Source: Octopus vulgaris (Eukaryota). Taken from it: DNA of 64,000 nt. Every line of letters starts with the position of its first letter. Position 1 is the stretch's first letter. The translations under genes were made by a program, and so were the position numbers. Under the pieces are notes generated by a model, which ran no database searches, was not told where the DNA came from, and saw nothing but the letters and a program-made list of their open reading frames with translations. Of this stretch, positions 39,340 to 53,470 are shown piece by piece. The stretch is from positions 5,270,001 to 5,334,000 of the forward strand of contig OX597836.1 of NCBI GenBank assembly GCA_951406725.2. The letters are read 5' to 3'.

Positions 39340-39743
39340 CTCTTTACTCGTTTCAGTCACTTGACTGCGGCGATGGTGGAGCACCGCCTTTAGTCGAGCA
39401 AATCGACCCCAGGACTTATTCTTTGTAAGCCTAGTACTTATTCTATCGGTTGCTTTTGCCGAACCGCTGAGATACGGGTACGTAAACACACCACCATCGG
39501 TTGTCAAGCGATGTTGGGGGGAGAAACACGGACACACAAACATATACACACATACATATATATATATGTATACATATATACGACAGGCTTCTTTCAGTTT
39601 CCGTCTACCAACTCCACTCACAAGGCTTTGGTCGGTCCGAGGCTATAGTAGAAGACACTTGACCAAGGTGCCACCTAGCGGGAATGAATCCGGAACCATG
39701 TGGTTGGTAAGCAAGCTACTTACAACACAGCCACTCCTGTGCC
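39340..39743 (-). mobile_element. Full-length SINE family S1
   Basis: Reverse complement of 38242-38660. Confidence 0.92.
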
Positions 39744-40578
39744 TATATATGTGCATATACTTATGTATATTCACATTGTTTCTATTGTCATCCCTCACCT
39801 TCACAGATAACCAGTGTTGGTTTGTTTTCGTCCATGTAACATAGCGGTTAGGCAAAATTATCAAGTAAGTTTCTATGCTTATATCCATATTTTTATGGAC
39901 TGTAGTTGATTTGTACAATACGTGTAATTTGTTTTGCACGATTAAATCCAAACTAAATTCTTTAAAAAAATGTGGAATATTACGTGAAAATTACCTTGAA
40001 TAGGAAAAAATATAAATATATCTGGCAGTCATCAGAAAGAAATTTTAAGACTATTATTCATAACTTTTCTTTACTTCTTGTTCCAACATTAAAAGCAATT
40101 TATTTCATATTTCTTAAAATTTCGAAATTCACATGATACAAATATACGTAAGGCTTATAGGCGCGCACGCGTTTCTGTACGCGTGAGCGTTTGTATTTGT
40201 ATAAACGCATAAATACGAACGAGCTAGTTGCAATCGTATATTGCTGATTTCCTGCTGGATTATTTCTCCAGCATCTTTTAAGCTTCTTCTGCTCTCGCAG
40301 CGACGTATTTAGCTCCAATTACCCTACATCCTAAAACCAGCTATTTTTACAAACTGGCCATAAATCAGTGTACGTTGGAGACTGAGTCGAAAACCATTTG
40401 CGATAACAATTATCGAACTAACCACATAGCATATGACTTTATCATCATCACCACCATCATCATCATCCTCAGCATCATCATCATCCTCAGTATCATCATC
40501 ATCATCATCATCATCTCTCTCTCTCCCTCTCTCTCTATATATATACATATATATGTATATATATACATATATATATAT

Positions 40579-40637
<59 letters not shown>

Positions 40638-40681
40638 CATATATATTTAAAACATTTGTATATATATATACAAATATGTAT

Positions 40682-40762
<81 letters not shown>

Positions 40763-40785
40763 GATGTATGTATCTGTATACTATA

Positions 40786-40826
<41 letters not shown>

Positions 40827-41351
40827 ATATAAAATATATTTATATATACACATAACTAAATACACATACATGTATATGTACTTGTGTACGTGTTTGTTTG
40901 TCTGTGAGTGTGTGTGTGCGTGCGTGCGTGTGTGTGTGTGTGTTTTGCCCACCGACAACACAATTTCATAATTGTGCTCTATACATCATGACCAATCGTC
41001 TCGAGTAGATGCGATATAGCGATTCACGTATAGTAATACACTTTGAAACATTGCCAAGTTGAGTGTTAACGTTTTCGGTCATGTGACTGAATAATTTATC
41101 GATATAAATCCCCCTCACACACACGCATACACATACAGAGAGACATACATGTATGTATATATGTATGTGTGTATGTAATTATTTTTATGTCCTGTTGGAT
41201 TTGGTTTACAAGATTCTTAATGAGAACTCGTATATTAAAACAATTTTTGTTGTGTCTTGATAGAGTCATTATGTCAGAAATAATAGCACGCCCACAGGTG
41301 CAGTTCCACTCCATTATTGTTAATCACTCGGACAAGTTGGTTAGATGAATT

Positions 41352-41420
41352 GATAGTGGTTAGGAGTGCGAGTTACTAACCGTAAGATTCCGAGTTCGAT
41401 TTCAGGCAGTGGTCTGAATG
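41352..41420 (+). mobile_element. tRNA-derived SINE head, family S5, followed by an (AAT)n/(AAG)n/(AAC)n array to 41643
   Basis: tagtggttaggagtgcgagttactaaccgtaagattccgagttcgatttcaggcagtggtctgaa matches the reverse complement of 43044-43114. Confidence 0.75.
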
Positions 41421-41469
<49 letters not shown>

Positions 41470-41509
41470 GAAGAAGAAGAAGAAGAACAACAACAACAAC
41501 AACAACAAC

Positions 41510-41626
<117 letters not shown>

Positions 41627-41766
41627 AAGAAGAAGAAGAAGAAGATGTGCGATGTAATGGTTGCATTTTTCAATTAAATGGAGTTGCGTGAAACGATAAT
41701 ACTGCATTACCGCTGGATATCCTTTTGCTGAACTTATATGCATATATAAATATATATATATATTGT

Positions 41767-41797
<31 letters not shown>

Positions 41798-41815
41798 GTA
41801 TATATATATATACAC

Positions 41816-41858
<43 letters not shown>

Positions 41859-41888
41859 ACATATATATATATGTATATATATATACAC

Positions 41889-41938
<50 letters not shown>

Positions 41939-41970
41939 CTATGTATCTATGTATTATGTAAATGAATAAA

Positions 41971-42150
41971 TAAGGCGAACTAGCTGAAACTTTATCACTC
42001 CGGGTGAAATGCTTAGAAGTATTTCGTCTGTCTTTCAGTTCTGAGTTCAAATCCCGCCGAGGTCGACTTTGCCTTTCATCCTATAGGGTTCAATAAATCA
42101 AGTACCAGTTGCATACTGGAGTCGATCTAATCGGTTGTGCCCCTCCCCCG
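41971..42150 (+). mobile_element. SINE family S2
   Basis: aaggcgaactagctgaaac...gagttcaaatcccgccgaggtcgactttgcctttcatcc. Confidence 0.85.
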
Positions 42151-42743
42151 CAAAAAGAATATACATGCATTGCCTTTCATTGGTTACCTTCTGAATATAA
42201 TACAAAATATGAATGGAATTGGTCTCTCGTTCGTTTACGCTATTTCTATTATATGTATGTAAATTCAATCTGTGACTCACACACATTCATGTCCACACGT
42301 ACGCACAAGCAGGCCGTACGTATACACTGAGACACATAAATTAGAAGGAGCATGAATGGATTGGAGAAAGAGAGCGATGGATTGATACGCAAATAGAATG
42401 ATATATTTAGATATATTTAGTAGCAACCTGGATAATAAATATGATTATAGATAACACTTATAGATAGCAGAGTATCAGGTTTAGTGGGTCGTTGATATAG
42501 AGTACAACATAATTTCAACTATATAAATACAGAAATATCTTTATGAGAATATATGGCAACTGCGCCGACAGTTATGGCTTCGGAGATAAAGAGGCACACA
42601 CACGTATGTCTATGGCGTACACATACTTATACACACATACAAACACACGAACACATAAATGCATAAGTATATATACATCACACACACACACACACACACA
42701 CGTACACATGCACACACACACACAAACACACACACACACACAT

Positions 42744-42785
<42 letters not shown>

Positions 42786-42786
42786 T

Positions 42787-42908
42787 GGTGCAGGATTGGC
42801 CTATGTGTATATATTGCTTACCAACCACATGGTTCCGGGTTCAGTCCCACTGCCTGGCACCTTGGCTGAGTGGATTTGGTAGACGGAAACTGAAAGGCGC
42901 CCGTTGTA
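42787..42908 (+). mobile_element. SINE family S1, 5' part with internal deletion
   Basis: gcttaccaaccacatggttccgggttcagtcccactgc...gagtggatttggtagacggaaactgaaag. Confidence 0.85.
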
Positions 42909-42913
42909 CATTA

Positions 42914-43114
42914 TATACATTATTTACATTCGACGGATATTTGTCCTCATCGTGTTTCGGCTGATATACCCTCTACCCTTCTTTAGGAAATTTCGAACCT
43001 GGGTCCTCATTCGATGTTGTTATTACTATTATTATTGTTGTTGTTCAGGTCACTGCTTGGCATCGAACTCCGAATCTTGGGACTAGTAGCCCGCGCTCTT
43101 CACTACTACGCCAT
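42914..43114 (-). mobile_element. tRNA-headed element family S5 with a decayed HHR-like 3' part
   Basis: Minus-strand head atggcgtagtagtgaagagcgcgggctactag...gagttcgatgccaagcagtgacctgaa, AAY spacer, then CUAAAGA-agggtagagggtatatcagcc-GAAA-CAC. Confidence 0.65.
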
Positions 43115-44497
43115 CAGTCGAAAGTGAAATATTGGGTGTTTCTATTTTTTTTTTTTTTGAAATCGGGTAAGTGATGGGTGAACGAAGTGGGCGAAGAGGC
43201 TTTGAGCGTTTCTTTAAGAAAAACTAAACCTTGAAACAAAATGAATTTCCCAGAATTTCGACAGAGAGAAAAAAAAAAATATTTGTAACATGTTAAAAAA
43301 TACGAAATTTCGGTGGGGTGGGGGTGAAACTAAAATTTTGAAAACGTGATTTCTGGTCAAAAATCGCATTAAGCCCATAGTTTGTGATCTTTCTTGAGAA
43401 CAGAAAGCATTTTCATGTACTTTTATGCAAGCCCATGTAATTGTACCCTCTTCCCCATTTCATTTTGAAACAAACAATAGCTTCCATTATGCCAATAATC
43501 CAGTCCGCTATACATCAGTTGTGCTGATTCTACCCATAAGAAAGGAACAAATAATACAATGAAGCTGTAGGCCATAACACCTGGGCAATGCCGGGATGCA
43601 TTGCTAGTGTGTGTGTGTGTTTGTGTGCGTGTATATACATATATGTGTGTTGTGTGTGTATGTATTTATTTATATGTAAATGTATGTATGAGTGTGTGTG
43701 TCGATGTATTCATACAGGGGGTTTGATAACTGTAAATCATCGCACATTGAACTTGCTTCGAGGCAGAGCGAAGCGACGATGACACGTCAACAAAGCAAAA
43801 TTCGTTGACGTCCATCTTGCAAACAGCTCGGAGTGAAAACAAACAGAGAATAATGTCGTACAACACGTTATCTATTCTGATAATCACCAGAGTTATATAA
43901 ACCAAAACAAAAATATTCAATACATTCAGAGCCCCATTAAATCAGTTGACAGCAACAGCAGCGCAACATAATGGAAATATCAGGAAGAATCTCTATCATT
44001 CACGGAGTGGTGATACCAGGTTTACATAAAATGCAGTATTTATGCTCTTTACATATACGGTATCAGGACTTTGTATTATATCTCTGTGAATTTAACGTAA
44101 TCATCAAGGTTATTGATAGCTCCGCAAAATATAACATGAGATATGGTTTTGATGTTGTCGTTCATTTTCGTTTTATTATGTTGTACACGCTGTTATTCTC
44201 ATCTGAACATTATCGATGTTTGATGCGGTAACACGATTATTGCAGTTGCAATATCGAGAGTGAGTGTGACAAGGGATCGCATATGCAACATGCGTACAAT
44301 TATTAACATAAGATATGTTGTTTTTTTTGTTCGGATTCAGTGCACCATTGAATTTCGCACCTGGTTTTTTGCCGATATGCACCAGGGAAATTCATATAGA
44401 ATAATATGCATGATTCTTCACATGTAGAAATGCATCTATATCCATGCATATCCACACACACACGAACATATATATGTATATATGTATATATATATAT

Positions 44498-44564
<67 letters not shown>

Positions 44565-44588
44565 TGATAGATAGATAGATAGATAGAC

Positions 44589-44624
<36 letters not shown>

Positions 44625-44665
44625 GGATAGATAGATAAGTAGATAGATAGATAGATAGATAGATA
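44498..44665. repeat. (GATA)n microsatellite
   Basis: Direct inspection. Confidence 0.95.
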
Positions 44666-44733
44666 GAAATGGCAAAACAAGAAAAGAAAGAAAGAGACCT
44701 CGATATTATGTAAATAGAGGAATTTATCTGTAG

Positions 44734-45253
44734 ATATAATATGTGACAAATATTCGGTAGCCATGAAAGAACTCCGAGTTTCGGTTGTCGGGGCGGAAAC
44801 CCACGCCGGCATCTCTTCAGTTATTGGGCTATCGAAAAAAATGCTATGAAAATGACCGTTAAAATAAAGGGAAATTACTGTGTGATTGACCGTTATAAAG
44901 ACAAAAGAGCTATTAGAATGACCGCTAAATAAGGGGAGGGAGTAAAGGTAAGGGAGTAAAAACTTTCATAGTAATCGCGGAAGAGCGAATGTCCATACAA
45001 ACACATGCGTGCCCACAAACCTACGTACATGTGTCTGTATGTATATACTCTTCCAACCTCACTTGAAACACACACACGCTCACACATACATTCGCAAATA
45101 GCTGCTTTGTCGTAATAACGGTCAATCACACAGTAATTTCCCTTTGTTTTAACGGTCATTTTCAAAGTATCTTTTTCGATGGCCCGATAACTGAAGAGAT
45201 GTCGGCGTAGGTTTCCGGAGTTTTATCATGGCTAGCGAATACCTGTCACATAT

Positions 45254-45258
<5 letters not shown>
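44734..45258. mobile_element. Long inverted repeat (arms about 44734-44915 and 45098-45258) of an HHR-bearing Penelope-type terminal repeat
   Basis: aaaatgaccgttaaaataaagggaaattactgtgtgattgaccgttat is almost exactly inverted at 45115-45162; both arms contain CUGAAGA. Confidence 0.85.
44759..44830 (-). ncRNA. Type I hammerhead-like motif with long stem II
   Basis: agcccaauaa-CUGAAGA-gaugccggcgugg(guuu)ccgccccgacaacc-GAAA-CU(cgg)AG-UU-cuuucauggcu. Core intact; stem I is imperfect here but is GAUAA/UUAUC in the other arm. Confidence 0.6.
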
Positions 45259-45285
<27 letters not shown>

Positions 45286-45362
45286 TGTATGTATGTATGT
45301 ATGTATGTATGTATGTATGTATGTATGTATGTATGTATATATATATACGTACATATAGATAA

Positions 45363-45441
<79 letters not shown>

Positions 45442-46334
45442 TTCATTTCTAAACCTAGGCAAATATATCTAAAGTCTTCAATATTCTGATATTCTGTAAC
45501 ACACGCATTTTTTGTCCCTGAGAGGAATGGCTTCTATCCTATAACATTTATCTATTATTTCCTCATATTTTGTTTTTCTTTTTCATTTGAATATTGAAAT
45601 AATTCATATTTTCATAGAACGCCGTTTTGGCTGTCATTAGAACAAAATAAGCAACAATACTATTTAATTACAGAATATAATTTAATATTGGATAGAGAAC
45701 GAGATGGAAACAAAATTAAATGCGTATATTCTATGGAACTTCTCTCGTTTCACTTTATTTTAAATTGAAATTTCTAATCCCTCCAATTATTATGAAGAAA
45801 TGGTTGTCTTCTTTGTACTAACTTTGTGTCTGGCGACTCCACGTGTTAGAGAATTTTATTGGCAATTATAAAGGCAAGAAAATGTGTGACGGTATTTTAG
45901 TTGGAAAATTCAATGAGCTTTTTTTGCTCATAGTTCATTAGTTGGACAGAAAGTGAGAATCAGGGTAGGAGAGAGGGAGAAGAAGAAGATAGAGGAAGAG
46001 AGAGAGAGAGAGAGACGTACTCTTAATTTTCTATTTACGAACACATTAACAAGATCAATCCGAAGTTATTTACTTCCCACCGAAAATAACCACCGCCATT
46101 GCAGATACAATTACGGCTATTATTATGTGTTTTAGGACGTCTCCATTGTGGTGCTTATAATGAGAAGTTGTTTAATTCAAGCTACTTCTAGTGATGCACT
46201 GTTAACGAACCCCCACCACGCACTGGCAAACAAGTTAGAGTAAGTTAGTCTATGCGTGTGTATGCTTGTGTGTGTGTGTGTATGTATTCGTATGGGTGTG
46301 TGTTTGTTTATATGTCGCTCCAATATATTCTTTT

Positions 46335-46456
46335 CTACTCTAGCTACAAGGACCCCGAAATTTATCGAGCTCAGTGGAATTTGAACGTAACTGCAGACGA
46401 AATACACCAATGTATTTCGCCCGCCGTGCTAACGATTCTGCCAGCTCACCGCCTTC
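46335..46456 (-). mobile_element. SINE family S2, 5' part
   Basis: ggaatttgaac...gacgaaatac...tttcgcccgccgtgctaacgattctgccagctcaccgccttc. Confidence 0.8.
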
Positions 46457-46731
46457 AAAGAGCAGTGTACTGTAGTATTTCTACCATTCAAGTTTAACCT
46501 TTTTATTCACGTGGTCTTAATTCGAGTGATCTACCGATTATCAAATTCGAAACTAAATTCCGACATACACAATATAACTGGGTCAGAATATCTTCCAAAG
46601 TACGATGGTATTCACCAGTGTCTTACAGAACCTACTGACTTCGATCTTTGGAGAGTCTGCAGCAGCGCCTTCGCTGTTTTAGACATTACGTTAAGGCATA
46701 TATATGTATTTGTATGCGCGTTTGTGTATGT

Positions 46732-46837
<106 letters not shown>

Positions 46838-47211
46838 GTGGGTGGGTGGGTATTTAACTGCTAGTATATTACATTGCAAATTCCAATTAAAATAAGCTCC
46901 AAGCAATATGAATCATACTGATATCATATTAAATTAAGTTTGAATTATATTAAAAATCTAACTCAGAACAAATTAAAATACTAGAAATCTAGACAAACCA
47001 TATAATTATAATTTGTAAGTTTGGTCCTTATACTATTTATTTCTGAACTGGATTTTGGAAGCTGAGATTCCGTCGAAAGGAACGACAGTTTGTCGCAAGC
47101 AATAGCGTAGGGTATTTCCGACAGCGTTTCAGTTATCATAGTGAGGGAAGGGATTACGGAAATCCTTTAAAATCGGATGCCTGTATTGTCGTCCACTGAA
47201 CGAGATGATAG

Positions 47212-47553
47212 TAATCCTTTTCTACTCTAGGCACGAAGTTTTGGGGGAGATGGGGGCCAGTCGATTCGATAGGCCCCAGTACGCAACTGCTACTTAGTTT
47301 ATCGATCCTGAAAGGATGAAAAGCAAAGTCGACCTCGGCGGAATTTGGTCTCAGACCGTAAAGACGGACGAAATGCTCATCGGTATTTCGTCTGTCTATA
47401 CGTTCTCAGTTCAAATTCAGCTGAGGTCGACTTTGTCTTTCATCCTTTCGGTATCGATACATTAAGTAGTAGTTGCGTATTGGGGTCGATCTAATCGAGT
47501 GGTCCCCTCCCCAAAAATTTCGGGCCTTGTGCCTAGGGTAGAAACGAATATTG
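47212..47553. mobile_element. Head-to-head pair of 5'-truncated S2 SINEs forming a ~340-bp inverted repeat
   Basis: 47212-47375 (minus) and 47383-47553 (plus) are reverse complements, e.g. gaaaggatgaaaagcaaagtcgacctc versus gaggtcgactttgtctttcatcctttc. Confidence 0.9.
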
Positions 47554-47669
47554 TTCAATTTGAATTAAATAATTACCAAATATTTACTATGCCCCCAGAT
47601 TATTATTATTTTTTAAAATTTTGTTTCACGAAATTTTAACATTTCCTTCGGATTTTATCTTTGATATAT

Positions 47670-48085
47670 TTTATCTTTCATTTGTTTTAATCAGTGACTA
47701 CGACCAGCTGGGGCACCGTCTTGAAGGGCTTTAATCGAAAGAATCGACTCCACTAGTTATATTTTTTGAAGTCTCATACTTATTGTATCAGTGAACCGCT
47801 AAGTTAAAACGACGTAAAAACATCAAAACCATTTGTCGAGCGATGGTGGTTCGGAGAGAAACACAGACACAAATACACACACATACACTCACATATACTC
47901 ACACACACTCACACACACATACGAAAGCACACACAAACAAACTAACATATGAGCACTCACACATAAGACTGGTTTCTTTTCGACTCCGTTCATCAAATTC
48001 ACTCACAATGCCTTGGCGGTTCGAGGCAAGATACTTGCCCAAAGAGCCATGCGCTGGGATTGAACCCAGAAGCATCTAGGCGGAA
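47670..48085 (-). mobile_element. Decayed near-full-length SINE family S1
   Basis: gggcaccgtcttgaagg...gaaccgctaagtta...caaattcactcacaatgccttgg...acttgcccaaagagccatgc..tgggattgaaccc. Confidence 0.75.
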
Positions 48086-48438
48086 AACAATTTAATCCGA
48101 GTTTATCTTGAATTGCTTTATGTTTGTGCTCTCTATGTTTAGAGAGACAGAAAATGACAGACACACAGACAGATAATGAGAGAGAGAGAGAGAGATAAAT
48201 CGAGAGAGATAATCAGAGAGGGGGTTAAAAAGAGAGGGGAAGGGGGATACAGGAAGAAAAAGAGAAAAAAGGAAGAGAGATAAAAAGAAAGAAAGAAATT
48301 GAAAAAGAAAGAAAAAGAAAGATAACGAAAAAGAGAGAGAAAAAGACAGATATAATCAGAGCATAGAGAGGAGATAGACAAACACAGTAAGAGAGAGAGA
48401 ATGGTGAAAGTGAGAGGGAGAGAAAAAATATAGAGAAT

Positions 48439-48491
<53 letters not shown>

Positions 48492-49089
48492 CAGAGACAG
48501 AGAAAGACGTAATTTATAAGTTCCATGTTGAAAATTTAAATTTTGAACCAAAAAGCGATGCTTTGCTTCTGCGTTTTATTATCGCTCTGTCATTTTCCAA
48601 TACGTCTCGGCCTTCGTACAGGATGCTGCTCTATTTCACACCTCATAATTCAGATGTGTTTTATTATTTGTACTCGAAGAGGTAAACCAGAGACAAGAAA
48701 GAAACATAAATGACATGTGATTTCGTGTTTTCGAATATATATATCTACGTGTTTGTGTTTGTGTGAACGTTTTTTTTTTTCTTTTGGTTTTTAAATGAAT
48801 ATATCATTTTCTATATTGTTTTATGTGTGTTTAGTTGCGACCCTCTGTGTAAAACGTATTTAGACAATGAAGAATTGTAAAAAGCGGAAGGTTTTGAATT
48901 TTTTTTTCGTTCAATTATCAAGAGACAGTAATAAACACAATAAATGAAATTGGATATCGTGGTACATAAACAAAACAACGGCACATACATACTGATAAAA
49001 GAATACATACGCATATGTGCTATATAGAAACACTACCACAAACACAAATATGCACGCAAAATTACATACGTTCATCTGTATACATACAC

Positions 49090-49130
<41 letters not shown>

Positions 49131-49295
49131 TATATATATGTATATATATATACTTAGAGAGACAAACAGACAAGCCGACAGATAGACAGACAGATAGATA
49201 GATAGACAGATAGATAGATAGATAGACATACTTACATAAAGGTAGTTACACACACACATACATACATACATATTTATGTATATATGTTTCCTTAT

Positions 49296-49353
<58 letters not shown>

Positions 49354-50773
49354 ATTTAGATAATTGTATATATATATATATATGTAGATGTATGTATGTA
49401 TATGTATATAGACAGATAAATACATAACGGTATCTTATAGTCATACATAGAAATATATATATATATATATGCGTAGATAGAACGCAACACTGGGAATATA
49501 TATATATATATATATATATATAAGTACTGTTACACAGAGGGTGACAGAGAGACACACACAGAGGGACAGGTTGAAACGAATTATGGTTGAACTACACAGT
49601 AGGGGGACTAAAGTCGTGCTGGTATAAATAAAAAAATAAATGTTTCTTACGATGTAGCACAACATCAATAATAACAAATAAAAGTACAGCATTAACGGCA
49701 ACAAAAATAAAATTTTAATACATTAAGCAAAAGCCAAAAATGTATTGTCTAAAATCAGAAAAAGAAAAGTAGAAAAAAATTTTCAAATAAATTAAAAATG
49801 TAATGAGGAATATAAAAAAAAAATACTAAATACATAAATACATAAAAAACATTTAAAATTTAGCGAGAAAAATCAATTAAAATCTAGAATATTAAAGTCA
49901 AAGAAAATAAGAGCAGATAGCCTGTGGCACTTTTGGTGAGAGCAATTTTATTTTGATTTAAATTAATTGGCATTTTCTGATATTTACCATTATTTTAACA
50001 GTGAAGTTTTACACAGTATTAACTTTTTCGATTGCGCATATGCTTTTGTTGTTGCTGCTGTTTTTGTTGTTACTGTTATTGCTGTTGTTGTTGTTGTTTT
50101 GTCTCGATTTAGCTTGTTTTGAGACTGGCATTATTCTCCTGACATTCTCAGTGCTTCGTTCTCATTGTTTATGTTGTTGTCGTCGGTGATTTTGTGTCTT
50201 TGTTATTTTTTTTCTATTTTATTTTATTTTTATTTTTTTGCTGATCTTCTTGTGTTGATGTTGTTTGTTCTTCAATGGTACCTGATAATGGTAATGATGG
50301 AGAGAAAGTGGAGAAGGGTACTCGAAGTCGTATTTTTTTGTCATGTTCTGCTTGTTGTTGTTGTTCGTGGTGTTATGGACGATGTGGTGATGTCTATTAC
50401 AGTTTTCGATGCTATTTGCTGCAAACCTTTCTTTTTGTAGTTCTTGCGGTATTTTTATTGACGTTGCTTCTCGTTATTTGCCTCCCCCTCTCCCTGAATC
50501 TCCGTATATGTATCTATGTATGCATATATATATATACATATATATGAATATATATGTGTATGCATATATATATATATATATATACATACACCCATAAATA
50601 TATACGTGTATATATATATATGTATATATATATTTATATGTATTAATACGTGTGACTGAGAGTGTACATGTATATACAAGTATACACAGCATAAATATAA
50701 GTGTATGTTGTATGCCATATATCTACATATGATGTACACATACATATATGCATACATATCTGTGTATATATAG

Positions 50774-50806
<33 letters not shown>

Positions 50807-51190
50807 CACGTATACCTATATATATGTATATTTATATGTATATGTACATATATATCTATATATACACATATGAATATATATATGTATGTGTGTGTGTATG
50901 TGTGTGTGTGTGTGTGTGTGTGCGCGCGCAACCAATCCTAATACCGAACGATAGTAATGAAAGAATTCAAAATAACGAAAAGTACACCCACGCCAACATT
51001 GAAATTATAAACACAACAACAGCAACAACAACGACAATACAACAATATAAAACAACGAAATTCATATTATCAGAAGCGACAGCAGCAGCAGGGGCAGCAG
51101 TAATTGCTGCCGTAATGCTAGAATTATCAGCAACAACCAAAGAATTGCAACAATGATCGGAGAAAATAGCAGCGTCAGCAAAAATAATTG

Positions 51191-51559
<369 letters not shown>

Positions 51560-51835
51560 GAGAACGGCATCAACAATAATAACAAGCAGAACAACGGAAG
51601 TAATGCTGTATATATGAAGTGTAAGAATTCGAAATAGTTTGCAGGTATAATTTGAGCAACAGGTAAGAGAACGACTTAAGAGACAACAATGGAATCGCAT
51701 TCGGCTTCTCTTGGAGAATACACAGAAGATATCAGGAAGAGGAACAGCAGCGACTGAGAATATAATGCTGGTTGAAAAGATGAGAGGAATCCAAACGATA
51801 TGCATATATACATATGTACACACAACATACATACA

Positions 51836-51918
<83 letters not shown>

Positions 51919-51919
51919 T

Positions 51920-52114
51920 TGCCATGATAAATCACTAGCCACTACACATTCTTTATTTTCTCTCCGTGTCTCTTTCTGTGTTCCTTTCTGTGGAAGAGCT
52001 TAGGCTCGAAACGTTAAAGAATTTTTCACTTCCCGACCGTTATAATAATACATCTGTTTGTTGTCTACACCACCTGTTTTCTTCATTTGTTTTTATTTTT
52101 TGTGAATTCTTCCC

Positions 52115-52115
<1 letters not shown>
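51920..52115 (+). mobile_element. Non-autonomous HHR-like element, subfamily B (most complete copy)
   Basis: Motif CUUU-CUGUGGA-A-GAGC(uuag)GCUC-GAAA-CGUU-AAAG at 51984-52019; flanked by (TG)n and (TA)n. Confidence 0.8.
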
Positions 52116-52146
<31 letters not shown>

Positions 52147-52166
52147 TACAAACATAGGAACACATT

Positions 52167-52254
<88 letters not shown>

Positions 52255-53021
52255 CACATATAAACATAATCAAGCGTATATACATGCATATTTGTATACA
52301 TGGCTACTCACTTGTATATTAAAATATGCATATAAATCCCTGCATGCATACATACCTTTAATAACCTATAAGCATTTATAATTATACATATATATGTGTG
52401 TGTGTGTGTGTGTGTTTGTGTGTACAAAATTCCGAGAACTTATATTTGCTTGAGAATATCACCAAAACTTTTGCTACATCATATTTTTGTTTTCCTTTTG
52501 CTTTGAATGTTGCATCATTGTTTTGTCTCCTTGTGTTTTCAAACTAATTTAACCTCTGCTTGCCTTTTTTTATTCTCTCGAAGTCCCTCGTTTTACATCA
52601 ACATTCTTAATGCCATTGAATTTTGCATCCCAGTTGCTAAGGCTCAATCATTTGTTTTAGCAGCTTTTATACCTACTATCCACAGGGAACAAAATTGCCA
52701 GAGCCATTAATAAGACAGCTAACGAAGATTAAATTTCCTCTTTCTGTTTTTTCAGTGTGTATGTGCGCGTTACGTGGTTAAATATATTCGAATTGTTTCG
52801 AATATATTCCTCCAATTAGTAAATAAAATCTTCTTCTAATGGCGTTTAAATCTAACTGATTATAGATTTCCCGAAAGACATTCAGAGTGATGTTATTTTC
52901 TAAATGCTTTGACTTTCTCAATTAAATCAAGGATATTTTCAACAATATTATTACGTGGCCAAATAACTCTCTTCTCCCTATTTGTATATAATTTCGCATC
53001 AAACCTCTTCTGATGCACACA

Positions 53022-53071
<50 letters not shown>

Positions 53072-53142
53072 TAGATAAATATATGTTTCTATATATATAT
53101 GCATATATATCTATATCTATATATCTATATTTATCTCTATAG

Positions 53143-53211
<69 letters not shown>

Positions 53212-53290
53212 TTTATATACATACGTAAATGTATATATAAAGAGAGATATAGAAAGATATATGGAATTCTATATATAATATGTATATATG

Positions 53291-53352
<62 letters not shown>

Positions 53353-53431
53353 TATATGTATATATACGTATATATATATATGTATAGATGAGTATATGTA
53401 TATTTATATATGTATATATATATATATGTAT

Positions 53432-53470
<39 letters not shown>

